A stretch of 64,000 bases of DNA from a virus (IMGVR_UViG_3300047567_000058:16405-80404); one strand, 5' to 3'; numbered from the stretch's first letter, positions 19,553 through 30,766 are shown. The notes: generated from the letters alone by a model not told the origin. Made by a program: numbers and translations.

Positions 19553-21340
19553 CTATTTTCTAGAGTTGTACTGATATTCCCGCAGATCCGCAGCCAATTT
19601 GACGTTTTTGTCGATGTTGCAGATCTTGCGGAGGTCGGGAGATGGGATGCCGTCATCCCCGTCTGAGATGGAGATCACCGCATCGATCTTGACTTTGGAG
19701 CAGAGATTGTTGTAATAGATCTCCGAGATGTATTTGTACAGCTCCTTGTCGTAGCATTTGATTTTGAGGCTAGGCGCCGAATCGAGCGTGAACGTCCTCG
19801 ATCTGCGGTCGAATCCTCCGCTGACGATATTGCCTTCGGTGTACAGCTCAGGGAATTTGAATCCCTTGCCATACGGGGCGAAGTCGAGATAGGCTTTCAT
19901 GGCTTCCGATCCGGTGGACATGGACACGACCGTTTCCTCGGATTTCGGGAGATTGACGGAAAGCATTGCCCTGATTGCGGCCGTTCTGAAAGCCGGGACT
20001 TTTTGCTTGGGCACGGATCCGCCAAGCGCTTCGCTGTGGCCTCCGAATTCCATGTTGAGCTCAGGATGGTCTTTGGACAGATCCATCAGGAAATCGTATA
20101 GAGGGAATCCGTTGATGCTTCGTCCGGAAAATTTTATTTTTCCCGTATGGCCGTCGTCGATTCCGACGAGGGCGGGCTTGCCTTCGTCCTCGGCTATCTG
20201 CGACGCGACGAGGCCGGCCATCCCGGAATAGTTCATCGTGTCGGATCCTGGGAGGACGACGATCGCGATCTTGTCTCCGTTCGGATGGTATTGCTTCAGC
20301 AGATCCTTCTTGCATTGCTTGCGGAGGTTGTTGATCTCGACGTATTTTGATCCGAGATCCTCGGATGGCTCGTTTCCGTCGAGTATCTTGACGATGTCTG
20401 ACACCAGCTTGGTCGGGTCTCCGAGGATGCGGTTGACCGCATTGACGACCGGGATCAGCGAGAACTGCAGACCAGACACGGTGTATCTGCGAAGGATCCC
20501 GCTGTCTGACGGGAAGCGGTAGTATCCCATCATCCTGGCCAGTCTGTTCGAGAACGTCTTCGGATCGTTCTCTTCTGAGTTGAGGTAATCCAGGGCGGCT
20601 TTGACGAGGATTCTGTTCTCGCCGATCATCTGCATCGAGTCCGACATCACGGTTATGGCTGCCATCGCGGCCATGTCTTTCAGCTGCGAATCAGCGAATC
20701 CTTTGTCAAGGAGAAGCTGGCGGCATAGCTTGAACGCCGCGGTAGCTCCGCTGATCTCGGTGAATTTTGATCCGTCGCAGAAAGGGTCGCAGACGAGATC
20801 GGCCGGGATCGGTCCTTGCGAGATATGGTGGTCGGTTACGATCGCTATCGCGTCATGCTCCTTGGCGAAGGCGATCTCGTCTTTGCAGGTTATTCCATTG
20901 TCCACGGTGATGATCGCGTTGGCCCCTTTGGAAAGGGCTTCGGTGACGTGCTTTACGGACATGCCGTATCCGTCGACGAATCTGTTCGGGGTTATGAAAT
21001 CGCATTTGATTCCGGCCAATCTCAGTGATTTGGCCACGATGGCGGTCGCCATGATTCCGTCGCAGTCGTAATCCCCGATCACGCAGAAATGGCGCGATTT
21101 GTTCTTGAGGACCATGTCCGAGAAATCATGCTGGCCAGGCATAGGCTCCATGATCTTCATCCATTCTTCTAGCTCGTAATGCATCTTGGTGTCTGGTAGG
21201 GACGAGAAAAAGGAATCAGCCGTGATCCCGTTCATGCTCATTAGGGCCGATGCGTATGCCCCAAGTCCGTCGATCTTAGGAAAGTCTGAAGGATTCTTGA
21301 TTTGCATTTTGATTGCGTAAGAATCAATGTCGCTATTCAT
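19553..21340 (-). CDS. recJ: RecJ-like single-strand DNA exonuclease (DHH/DHHA1 family), 595 aa
   Basis: CVIGDYDCDGIMA, ITVDNGI, VTDHH motifs. C-terminal DHHA1-like GGH. Confidence 0.7.
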   Translation of the reverse strand: MNSDIDSYAIKMQIKNPSDFPKIDGLGAYASALMSMNGITADSFFSSLPDTKMHYELEEWMKIMEPMPGQHDFSDMVLKNKSRHFCVIGDYDCDGIMATAIVAKSLRLAGIKCDFITPNRFVDGYGMSVKHVTEALSKGANAIITVDNGITCKDEIAFAKEHDAIAIVTDHHISQGPIPADLVCDPFCDGSKFTEISGATAAFKLCRQLLLDKGFADSQLKDMAAMAAITVMSDSMQMIGENRILVKAALDYLNSEENDPKTFSNRLARMMGYYRFPSDSGILRRYTVSGLQFSLIPVVNAVNRILGDPTKLVSDIVKILDGNEPSEDLGSKYVEINNLRKQCKKDLLKQYHPNGDKIAIVVLPGSDTMNYSGMAGLVASQIAEDEGKPALVGIDDGHTGKIKFSGRSINGFPLYDFLMDLSKDHPELNMEFGGHSEALGGSVPKQKVPAFRTAAIRAMLSVNLPKSEETVVSMSTGSEAMKAYLDFAPYGKGFKFPELYTEGNIVSGGFDRRSRTFTLDSAPSLKIKCYDKELYKYISEIYYNNLCSKVKIDAVISISDGDDGIPSPDLRKICNIDKNVKLAADLREYQYNSRK

Positions 21341-21392
21341 ATTTGCGTTTTTCTTACGACATAAGGATACATCTTGCCGATGCCCCGTTCAA

Positions 21393-21430
21393 GGAAAATA
21401 AAAAAAAGATCCCCGGATTGCCGAGGATCT
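21393..21430 (-). terminator. intrinsic terminator: hairpin agatcctcggcaatccggggatct then T8ATTTTCC (minus strand)
   Basis: Perfect stem; canonical U-tract. Confidence 0.75.
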
Positions 21431-21445
21431 TAGGCGAGGCTTCGA

Positions 21446-22189
21446 TCAGAGATACTTCTGAAGGACGCTGATCGAGCGCTGATATTGAAGCAGCTCAGCC
21501 GTGCTGAGGCCGGGATGCTTCTCGAGGTAGACGCTCTTGCGGTACGTCCCGTACTTGGTGAGATGCGCCAGGGTCTTGATATCGACTTTGGCGTACTTGA
21601 TGTAGTTGAAGATCGTCTTGTAGGAGTAGATCTCCTTGCCGGCGTCCTTGCCGCTCTTGATCGTGCGATAGCCATAGATGCGCCCGCTGACAGACAGCGT
21701 TCTGATCATGGTGTACAGCTGCGAATAGCAGAGATTGTGCTTCTCGATGAACGGGCGGAGATGGATTCCGGTGAAGAGCCATTCGCGCATGATCTCCCTC
21801 GCTTCGCTGATGGTGAGCTTCCGCACTTTGTAATACGGGGCGTTGATGACCTTGCCGGTCAGATTAGTGACGTGCTTGACCGGATCAAGCAATTTGGTCC
21901 TGCGGCGGTCGATCATGCCGTATTGGAAGAAGTTGTTGACGGCGCGTTTGCGCATCTTGCTGTCGGCGTAGTCGTAGATGCCGGTGGCTTTTGCCGCTCT
22001 GCGGATGAGCTCGTCGGTGACGTGCTTCTCTTTAGAGTCGACGATGGCGACCACCATCTTGAGGAGATAGATCTCTTTGTTGGATTCATATTCGTCCTTT
22101 GTCGGGATTTGAGGCAGCGCGTTGATCTTTGAGACGACGCTTGCCGGTAAGTTGGTGCTTCCGATGTTGTCGATTTGCATAGGATTCAT
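21446..22189 (-). CDS. hypothetical protein (247 aa)
   Basis: ORF track; RBS aaaggag. Confidence 0.5.
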   Translation of the reverse strand: MNPMQIDNIGSTNLPASVVSKINALPQIPTKDEYESNKEIYLLKMVVAIVDSKEKHVTDELIRRAAKATGIYDYADSKMRKRAVNNFFQYGMIDRRRTKLLDPVKHVTNLTGKVINAPYYKVRKLTISEAREIMREWLFTGIHLRPFIEKHNLCYSQLYTMIRTLSVSGRIYGYRTIKSGKDAGKEIYSYKTIFNYIKYAKVDIKTLAHLTKYGTYRKSVYLEKHPGLSTAELLQYQRSISVLQKYL

Positions 22190-22249
22190 TGCTCCTTTCT
22201 TATGCTACTGAAATGATATCACCGTCTATTCTAAAAGAAAAGACAAATA

Positions 22250-22903
22250 TCACACTTTTCTCTGCAGGCTGTCCGAGTCCAGCTCAGCCTGGTCGGCGTT
22301 CGTGCTGATGCCGCATTTGATCATCAGAGACATCACGTCGGAAATCGGCTCTTTGAGAATGTATACGACTTTTTCGGATCCGCCGTTTCCGGAGATGATG
22401 ATGCTGCCTTCAGTGGCCATTTTCATCATTGCCTGGTCATCTACCGGGGATACGGTGGGCGATCCGCCTCCCAGCATGCTGGCAAGACGGCTGCACGCCG
22501 AATTCCTGTATGACGACGTGGTATATGACCAGTTTTGCGATTGGTTGTATGCCGTTTGATAGTTCTCTATCTTAGACTGGTAATCGCGAATTTCGTTTGC
22601 TTTGAAAATGAGAGCCGGCTCGATGCTGACGATGCTGTCCGTGTTGATGGCGACTTTGCCTATGGACACCTGCAATTGCTTGGATGACGTGCCGGACATG
22701 GATGAGCGGTCATGCGCGTGCATGACGCCGAATCCGTCGGCTGAGTTAATCTCAACCATGCATGGAAGCATCGAAGAATCCATGTCATCGGTTCCTCCAT
22801 ATGACCCATTAAGATTGCATGAGCACAGCTTTGAAATGCGCTCGTTGGTTCGTTGCACGTCAGCCATCGTTCTGATGGCGAGAGGATTGAAGTAAAAGAG
22901 CAT
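22250..22903 (-). CDS. hypothetical protein (217 aa)
   Basis: Start at M14 of the track ORF, after RBS agaaagaaggga. Confidence 0.45.
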   Translation of the reverse strand: MLFYFNPLAIRTMADVQRTNERISKLCSCNLNGSYGGTDDMDSSMLPCMVEINSADGFGVMHAHDRSSMSGTSSKQLQVSIGKVAINTDSIVSIEPALIFKANEIRDYQSKIENYQTAYNQSQNWSYTTSSYRNSACSRLASMLGGGSPTVSPVDDQAMMKMATEGSIIISGNGGSEKVVYILKEPISDVMSLMIKCGISTNADQAELDSDSLQRKV

Positions 22904-23035
22904 GTTGTCCCTTCTTTCTACGGGAATACGATACAATGGCAAAGGCCCGTTTTCAAGGAAAATAAAAAAATAAATCCAAGAATCGCCAATCCAGCAACAA
23001 TTGATTATCAGTATTTACAAGAGGATTACGGCAAT

Positions 23036-23984
23036 ATGGTCACACTCAGCGAAGACGCATTGAAGAGTTACATGATGAGCGAGGGGCTTGACCCATCGTT
23101 CTTAACCGTCGAAGATTACCTTCTGATGGAAGGGGTCTCTTTCAGCAAGCAGTTCAATCAGGCCAACGGCGCCAGCGCATACACGCTTGACGAATCGAAG
23201 GGAAACGGCAAAGCCATCGCGCTCGGAATCGCCGGGGCAGGACTTGCGGCAACGGGACTCGTCGGCGGAGCCGTCAACAACGTCAAGGCCAAGGACGAAT
23301 ACGTCAATAGAACCGAGACGTCAAACGTCGGCCGTCAGCTTGAGAAAGGCGAGACGAAGCCTTCCGACATCAAATCAGACGACGGAACCAAGACCCGCCG
23401 TATTCACCAATCCTGTCACCAAGGGAACCGTCAGGTCCGTCATGGATTCAGATCTTACAACGACGAGATCCAACGATTACGGCCAAACCACGTACACGGT
23501 TCCTATCGCTGGGACCAAGAGCGACAACCCGTATTCCACCGAGACGCAGCTCACCAACGTGAAGGCCATCGTCAAAAACGCGCAGAATGAGCTTGACGCG
23601 GCCGAGAAAGCCAAAGAGGAAGAGCATAAGAAGATCGGCACGCCTGATACCTCCGACGAGAAGATCGCATATGTCGACAAAAACGTTGAGAACGCATCAA
23701 GCAAGCTCGACAAAGCCAACAAATGGATGTATGGCGAGAGGCCGGACGGAACCGCCGGGACCGAGAAGGACAATGACGGGATGAACGGCTTGTACACCAC
23801 CGTCAAGAACATCAGCTCGACCGGATACGGCAAAGAGACCAAGGCGAAGTATGACACCAAGAACGCGATCGGCCATACGATGGAAGTCGGAGGGGCCGTC
23901 GCCGGGCTTGGTCTTGGGGCAGCCGCGGCCGTCGCGAAAGCGAGAGCCAACAAGCGAAAGAAGCAGATATCCGATCTCAAATAA
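23036..23984 (+). CDS. hypothetical Gly/Ala-rich, probably membrane-associated protein; one frame change (+1, extra C in accc) near 23394
   Basis: ATG at 23036 after RBS gagga. The N-terminal part reads in the frame of track ORF 22853..23590 and the C-terminal part in the frame of 23187..23984; both parts are protein-like. Confidence 0.4.
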
Positions 23985-23992
23985 CCATTGAA

Positions 23993-24019
23993 AAGAGCCA
24001 TCCTCGACGGATGGCTCTT
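23993..24019. terminator. bidirectional hairpin terminator (aagagccat-cctcgacgg-atggctctt)
   Basis: Perfect 9-bp inverted repeat between convergent genes. Confidence 0.65.
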
Positions 24020-24022
24020 CTT

Positions 24023-24154
24023 TCAGTCTTTCTGGACTTCGGGGTCCGGGCTCATCGCCAGATCCATGGCGTCCTCGAATTCCTGCGGGTCGATCGTGGG
24101 ATCCTGAGATTCCGCTTCCTGGCCCATCGACTTCAGCTTGTCTTGGTCGTTCAT
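24023..24154 (-). CDS. possible small acidic protein (43 aa); its ATG overlaps the nrdD stop (ATGA)
   Basis: MNDQDKLKSMGQEAESQDPTIDPQEFEDAMDLAMSPDPEVQKD*. Confidence 0.2.
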   Translation of the reverse strand: MNDQDKLKSMGQEAESQDPTIDPQEFEDAMDLAMSPDPEVQKD

Positions 24155-27100
24155 AATCGATTCCTCACGCGTTGGAGCGCGATTTTATCCATCCGGCGAT
24201 CTCCGAGGCGTTTCTGTAGACGTCGAAACGAGGCCCCATCCGGGACGATCATCGTCGGGGCGGCGGTGATGCCGAACGCGTTGACCTGGTCGAGATGCGT
24301 CGACGCGTCGATGTTGTCGTACTTGATCCCGGCTTTGTCGAGCAGCATCTTCGCCATCTTGCAGTTCGGGCACGTCGGGTTGGTGAACAGCATCAGATGA
24401 TCGACTTTGGGCGCCTCGGCGGAAATATTTTTATTTTCCAGGGAGCAGGCGTTGCATCCGTCATGGACTTCCTCTTTCGAGGAATCGTATTCCTTGCGGT
24501 CATGGAACTCCTGCATCTTGCCGGCGTTCCAGTTCTTGAGCGGGCGGTAGTATCCGGTGATGCGGCTGTAGACCTCGGTCTCCTTGCCGCAGATCGGGCA
24601 CTTCCATTTCTCGCCGACGATGTAGCCGTGGTCGGGGCAGATGGAATAGGTCGGCGACATGGTGAAGTACGGCAGCTTGTAGTTCTCCGCGATCTTGCGG
24701 ACGAGCCTCATGCACGAATGCCAGTCGGGCAGACGCTGCCCGAGGAAGGCGTGGAAGACGGTACCGGAGGTGTATAGGGTCTGGAAGCGGTCCTCGACGT
24801 CAAGCGCGCTGAACATGTCGTCGGTGTATCCGACGGGGAGGTGCGAGCTGTTGGTGTAGTAAGGCGTCTCGCCGGATTTGCCGGCGGTGATGATGTCGGG
24901 ATACATTTCCTTGTCGTGCTTGGCGAGGCGGAAGCAGTTGTGCACCAGCACCGCGTCGTCAACGCCGCCGCTGATGAAGAAGTTGTGGTTGCCTTCGACT
25001 TCGAGATCGTAGACGTCTTCCCTCTCGGTGAGGTATTCGATCTTGACGATCTGATGGTTTGGAAGCAGGCCGGCATGCTTCAGGCGCGATTTGACGAGCG
25101 AGTAAGTGTAAGGCTCTCCGAGCTCTTTGGCGATTTCGCCGATGCTCTTGTTTTCCTTCCACTTGGCGATTATGGCGTCAGTCGAGCATTCAGGCATGTA
25201 TCTCGAATACTGCTCGAAGCTCTTTTTCTTATTCCCTTCAGACATCTTTCTGCGGGTGTCTTCGGATGCCATGTTCTCAAGGAACTTAGGATACCATTCG
25301 TCTTTGGTTTCCCTCTTCGTCTCGGAAATAAGCTCTTTTGATTTTTCGGTGTGATGCTTGCCGAAGAATGGGTTGGCGGAGCCGTCTACGCATCTTACAA
25401 AATTACGGCCTTCGTCATGCTCATGCAGCCGGCGGTGATCGGCATCCGACATTATCTCAAGGTTGTCTTTGGCGTTGTTGGTCTTGTCGAAATCCTTATG
25501 ATGGACTACGAATCCGTCTGGGATCTTGCCATAGTAATATTCAGCTAGAAGACGATGCATCGGGAAAGATCCTTTATTTTTGCCAAGTACGCATTCGACA
25601 TTGCGATACGTTTCTCCATATGCTTTAGAATTCTTAGTATAAACATGGCACGCGAATAATCTGTCTCCGACTTTTAAGGATCCGGCTTCGACGTAATCGA
25701 TCCAGCATTTGCGACTGGGACCGCATCCGGTGACGAACCGCTTCGCCATCTTATGGTTAGGCGTGACTTTGACGCTGTCGCCCATTGGAGAAGGTGATCT
25801 TCATCACTTCGGCGTCTTTCTTCGTCTTCCAGCAGTCGACGAGCTTCTTGAACTCGACTGAGTTGGTTTCGGCGTTGAATGACATGATGCCGATATTTTT
25901 ATTTTTATCGGCGATGATATCGTTGACGGTCATACGGCCTTTATCAGTCCAAACATTGGTGTCTCCTGAAACGCACGTTGACTCCGCCGGCGTCGCTTCA
26001 AGGTTGAAAAGTGTCGATGGATACTGGACTTGGTAGTCAGATAGCCGGTTGCGCATGTGATTGAGGACCTCGACGGTGAAGTCCTGGGCGTCCTTGTGCG
26101 TGAGGTCGTCTTTCAGCCATTTGGCGTTGAGACAGGCTTCGTTCATGCCGACGAGGCCGATCGTCGAGAAATGGTTCTTGAACGCGGTTTCGCCCAGATA
26201 GCGCTTGGTGTACGGATAGAGGCCACGGTTATAGAGGTCGGTGATTGTTCTTGCGCTTGATCTCAAGCGAGCGGGCGGCGATGTCCATCATGTGGTCGAG
26301 CCGGGCGTAGAAGTCGTCTTTGTCGGCGGCGAGGTAGCCGATGCGCGGCATGTTGATGGTGACGACGCCCGATACTGCCAGTGGATTCTCCGGCTCCGAA
26401 GAACCCGCCGTTGCGCTTGCGCAGTTCGCGAAGATCGAGGCGAAGACGACAGTTGTGAGTCATGAGACCTGATGCCAAAGCGAAAACATGATCGTCGCTG
26501 TCTATCTCCAAGCAGTAAAGAAAATCACTTGATGCGTCATTGGTTTTCTCTATCGACACTATCTTGTAATAATTGTAGGAATCGTCTTGATCGAAAAGCT
26601 CGCCATAGCGCTCGCGATCCGGGAAGTCAATTCTGTAATTCGGCTTGTCGGATAAGCGACTTTCTCTGTTGTCGACGTAGTTTGACAAAGCTTTGTGCCC
26701 CATGGATGCCAAAAGTTTCATCACATCGTTTTTCATCGTTTCCGATGAAGTGTATATCCTCTTTTTCTCCTTCGACCCATCGCTGGCTCTCAAACCCGAT
26801 ATGAATCCTTCTTTGAATTCGTTCGAAGCATTGAAACAACGATTGGAAAGCTTCTTCGTCAAAGCATCGCCATCGATGTATTCCGACACAATGGCGAACG
26901 GGTTCTTATCGACTCTGACATATTCCACTTTTTCGGAAACCGTCGTTTTCACCGGATAGCCTACTCTGTTCCAGAAAGCCGTGAGGCGCGAAACCGTGTC
27001 TTGATCGACATCGACATTAAGAGAATAAACAACTGCTCCTTCGTCGTGACTTCCGTCTCCTGCGTAAGCACCTATCGCAAAACCGAGGTCGGAATCACCG

Positions 27101-29969
27101 AGCCTTTCCGTCTCAATCGGGGTCTTGTTGAAAGGAAGCCAGTCGCCGACTTCGAGATCGCTCGCTTTCAACGTTCCTCTATCCTTTGTCGGCTGAAGAT
27201 GGTTTTCGCCCATTTTGACGGTCGTTCCGTTCGAAAGGACGATTTTGAAAACCGGTGTCATCGGCATCTGAACCGGATGGCCTGACACCCATTTATGCCC
27301 ATTCCAGAAAAGATAGTTCGTTTTCTTGAGATTGTATCCATCATAAAGAGTTCCTATCTTTCTGACGACGATTCCATCACGCGAGTTTTTGACGAGAATC
27401 TCGGTGTCTGACGTCAAAGGGCACATACTCCTGCAATCTTGAGGATTCATCGAACTATTTATGTAGTTTGAGAAATACGGGATGCCGTATTTGGCCGCCA
27501 TCTCAAACAGCAAACGGTTGTTCTCGGTATCGGACCAGTCGAAGCCTTTGGTGATGGAGTAAGTCGGAATCGGGTATTGGAAGCCGCGCCCATTGGCATC
27601 GCCTTCGATCATCGTTTCGATGAAGGCCTTGTTGACCATGTCGGCTTCTTTTCTGGCATTCGCCATACGTGAAGTCCTGCATCTTGCCTCCGACAACGGC
27701 AGGCAGGTTCTTCAGATCGTCAGGAACGACCCAGTCGAGCGTGACGTTCGTGAATGGCGCTTGGCATTGTCCTGAAATGAAAACGCATCCGTTCTTTCTG
27801 AAAATGGCTGTTCCGGCGTCGTCGTTCGGACACCATACAAGACCGTCATATTGAATGGCTTCCCTATGTTTTGGCTGGATGTTTTTGACGTCATGAACGC
27901 GGACGTAGTTCGCTTTACTCGTCTTTTTCTTGAAACTCAAAAATCCGGCTCTCAATGCTATTTCTTGAAGCCTGTCCGCTATTTCGTCATTGTCGTACTG
28001 AAGTTTGAATTTTTCGAAATCTCCGTCGAAACTCGACCACGTTCTAAGGAACAGCTCCGATTGCCTTCTGCTCATTTTGACGAACTTGTCATCAATGGCT
28101 TTTTTGGTTCCGCCAACGAGTTCGAAAATCTTTCTTGCTGAGTCACCGAAGAAGACGTATTTATTTACTGGAGTATCAAACCCGCCTTTTACTTCGCAAA
28201 GCGAAAAAGCTAGAGAAAGCGAATTTGCCACATTTGCGATGTCGGCGTTTCCTGGCCTTTTCGGAGATTTGTATATCGTTATTTTGTGAATCGATCCGTT
28301 TCTTACGTCTATGCTTCCATCGGTATAGACCATCGCCGCCAGTTTTATCTCGTCATCGCTCAGCCCGCATTCAGGCAAATCGTTGCCCGAAAAAGATGCT
28401 GGGAGGTAATAAGAAGTCTTGACACTGAAAATGTCAGACGAATGTTTGATTTCGTATTCGTTCAAATTGAATTTTTTGACAAGAATACGGTGCTCAGGTG
28501 TGACGGTTTGCTCGTATCCGGCTCCAAGATAGCGGTGCATCTCGCCTTTGTACGGTTTCACGACGACTTCGTTGACCTTTTTGGTCGTCAGCGTCCCATT
28601 GTCCCAAACGTAAATGTCATCGCCTTTTTTAAGCTGATCGTATTTCTTCCATCCACCGGTCGACAGCACTTCGGTGTCCGTGTCGACACAGCCCCATCTG
28701 GACGGGGTGTTGACACCGAAGATGAAGCTCTGAATGGCTTGCTTAACTTCTTTGTATGACAGATTGTCCTTCTTGACGAACGGGGCCAGGTACGTGTCAA
28801 AGCTCGAGAACGCCTGAGCACCCGACCATTCATTTTGTAGGCAATTTCTCGCACAGATACTGGTGTCTGATGATTCCGAATCGGTTACGAAGAATGCGTG
28901 AAAATCGTTATGGACGGTTCCGCAATAAACATCGGATGTCTGATTGATAATTCTCTTAGATACGATTTTCATACACTCTCCGGTGTCTTTGCAAGTGAAT
29001 TTGTACACGTACATAACCTTTGAGTTGTATTGAAGGACGTCGTCGTCTTCGGTTAAATCCTGCGCCTCAACCCATCCACGGTTAAGCGTATAGAATTTAT
29101 GGTCAAGAGTGCATTTGATCTTATGGCCGTCTTCGGTCGTGAGCTCAATGAGCTGACTAACGGTTCTCGTCTTATGCAAGTTATCCATCTTCGACGCGAC
29201 GTATTTGCCGGTGTTGGGATCGAATGACCTGACCATGAATTCTGTCTTTCCTGAATCGAGCATCTCGCGGATGCTGTGATTAGTCCCATCGGCGAACACG
29301 ATTCTGGTATCGTCGGTGAAGCAGCCCAAGAAATTGACCATCTGGTTGCAGAGAGTCGAAAGATGGCTAGCCGGGGTAGACGCGATCTTGCCCGGGACTC
29401 CGCCGAGGCCTTCGTTGATCAACTGCTTGAGCGACCAGCCTGCGCAATAACCGTTCAATAAGCTAAGGTCATGCAGGTGAAGATCCGCGTTTCTGTGCGC
29501 GTCGGCGATTTCCTTGTCGTAGATGTCGTTGAGCCAATAGTTGGCAGTGACCGCTCCGTTGTTCGAGAGCACGAGCCCTCCGAGCGAGAAGTTGACGGTT
29601 GCGTTTTCCTTGACGCGCCAGTCGTTCTGGCCGAGGTAGTCGTCGACGAGCTTCCCGTAGTTCAGCCCGTTTCTCATCTGGGCGTGCTTCTCGCGGTATC
29701 TGGCGTATGCCAAAGCGGTCTGCTTGTGGCCCGTGTCGATGAGCGCGAGCTCGACCCCGTCCTGGATGTCTTCGATCCCGACGGAATTATTTTTTTATTT
29801 TCCCGGAGAACTCGTCCAGGGCCTTCTCGGCGACGATGCTGGCGTTCTTCTCGCCTTCCGCGTCATGGGTCTCCTGGCAGGCGCGCGCAATGGCGCGTTC
29901 GATCTTCTTGATATCGAAATCCTCGACGCTATCGTCTCTTTTGACTACTTTCAGCTCGGCTGTTTCCAT
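24151..29969 (-). CDS. nrdD: anaerobic (class III) ribonucleoside-triphosphate reductase NrdD with N-terminal ATP cone, four inteins and a fused C-terminal glutaredoxin-like domain
   Basis: ATP cone (VVKRDDSVEDFDIKKIERAI). NrdD core blocks (LYNRGLYPYTKRYLG, NHFSTIGLVGMNEA, TGSIGVVTINMPRIG). Glycyl-radical C-terminus RITGYYRP with a CPICG zinc ribbon, then a CPNC thioredoxin-fold domain. The reading frame passes through track ORFs 29787-29969, 27503-29713, 26263-27696, about 26270-26370, 25757-26266 and 24151-25785. Confidence 0.85.
24937..25975 (-). mobile_element. nrdD intein 4: about 330 aa with an HNH homing endonuclease
   Basis: Starts CVSGDTNVWTD. Block B is GDSVKVTPNH. HNH motif HHKDFDKTNNAKDNLEIMSDADHRRLH. 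Block F is DVYDLEVEGNHNFFISGG. Ends AVLVHN, followed by Cys. Confidence 0.6.
26452..27423 (-). mobile_element. nrdD intein 3: about 324 aa with a LAGLIDADG homing endonuclease
   Basis: Starts CPLTSDTEILV. GFAIGAYAGDGSH and EGFISGLRASDGS match LAGLIDADG. Block F is FLYCLEIDSDDHVFALASG. Ends LMTHN, followed by Cys. Confidence 0.6.
27767..28690 (-). mobile_element. nrdD intein 2: about 308 aa with a LAGLIDADG-type homing-endonuclease domain
   Basis: Starts CVDTDTEVL. LAAMVYTDGSI and LRAGFLSF match LAGLIDADG. Ends ...NGCVFISGQ (C-terminal Gln), followed by Cys. Confidence 0.5.
28844..29323 (-). mobile_element. nrdD intein 1: mini-intein of about 160 aa with no endonuclease domain
   Basis: Starts CFTDDTRIVFADG. 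Block F is DVYCGTVHNDFHAFFV. Ends ...SICARN, followed by extein Cys. Confidence 0.55.
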
Positions 29970-30269
29970 GTGGTGTTAACCTTCCTCTAAAAAAATGGTG
30001 TAATGCTTTGTTCGGGGCCGGATCGGTTTATATCCAAGACGGTTTCTTCTTCGAGAATCGTCCTCTTATGCGAAAAAAAATATTTTCCAGAAGCCCTTCC
30101 CAAAAAAAGAAACGCATGCATGATATTGTCATTCAGGCGCTCCTTTCTTTTGCGCGGACTCATCATAAACCACGGCGGGGAGATAGTCAAGAAAACGATT
30201 GGCGGATATGACCGTACCAACCGCTTCTTCACCGCTTTGGCTTAGACGACAATGGCGCATGAGAAGATA

Positions 30270-30737
30270 TTAGTCCTCCGGTTGCATCTCCCAGTCAGAG
30301 CCGCTTAGCACGTACGACACCGACTTCCCTGATTTGCCTCCGGAGATCTTCAGCGATTTGACGCATGCGTTCGTGCCTGGCAGATCTGCCAGATCGGACG
30401 CTGTGTCGCAGGCATCCTGCCAGTCGTACGCCATCACGCTGAGGACGGTGTAATACGCGTACTCTCGCAGCGTGACTTTGTATCGGCCGTTTCCGACGTC
30501 CTTGCAGGATATGACGTTCCATCCGTCGCTCTCGGTCCCGCACTCCCACGCCCAAGCGTCGTTGCTGTCGTGGAATTTGCCGGAATCGTCGGGGAACGGA
30601 TCGAGCTTGTCCTTCTTCTTGAGCGCGGCCTTGATGGCCGACTTCGCCTCGCTGGCGCTCAATGCCGGCACAACCGCTTCCAGCGTGAGCAGGCACCGGT
30701 ATGAGACGTCATAGTCAGTCAATGCTTTTCTGGGCAT
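30270..30737 (-). CDS. hypothetical protein (155 aa)
   Basis: ATG at M13 of the track ORF with RBS aggagg. The AT-rich element lies directly upstream. Confidence 0.45.
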   Translation of the reverse strand: MPRKALTDYDVSYRCLLTLEAVVPALSASEAKSAIKAALKKKDKLDPFPDDSGKFHDSNDAWAWECGTESDGWNVISCKDVGNGRYKVTLREYAYYTVLSVMAYDWQDACDTASDLADLPGTNACVKSLKISGGKSGKSVSYVLSGSDWEMQPED

Positions 30738-30766
30738 GTTGTGTCCTCCTGGAATAATTTTATTTT

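Noticed and set aside
24295-26465. Multiple plus-strand ORFs antisense to nrdD (and similar antisense ORFs inside clp, cobS-like and topA genes)
   Set aside because: Arg/Gly/Val-rich frames typical of the opposite strand of GC-biased coding sequence; no RBS.
29783-29804. Euplotes-style AAA-TAA stop-codon frameshift signal at the ATP-cone / catalytic-domain junction of nrdD
   Set aside because: Bacterial systems do not use this mechanism. The simpler reading is A7 instead of A6 in a homopolymer, retained only as a possible slippage site.
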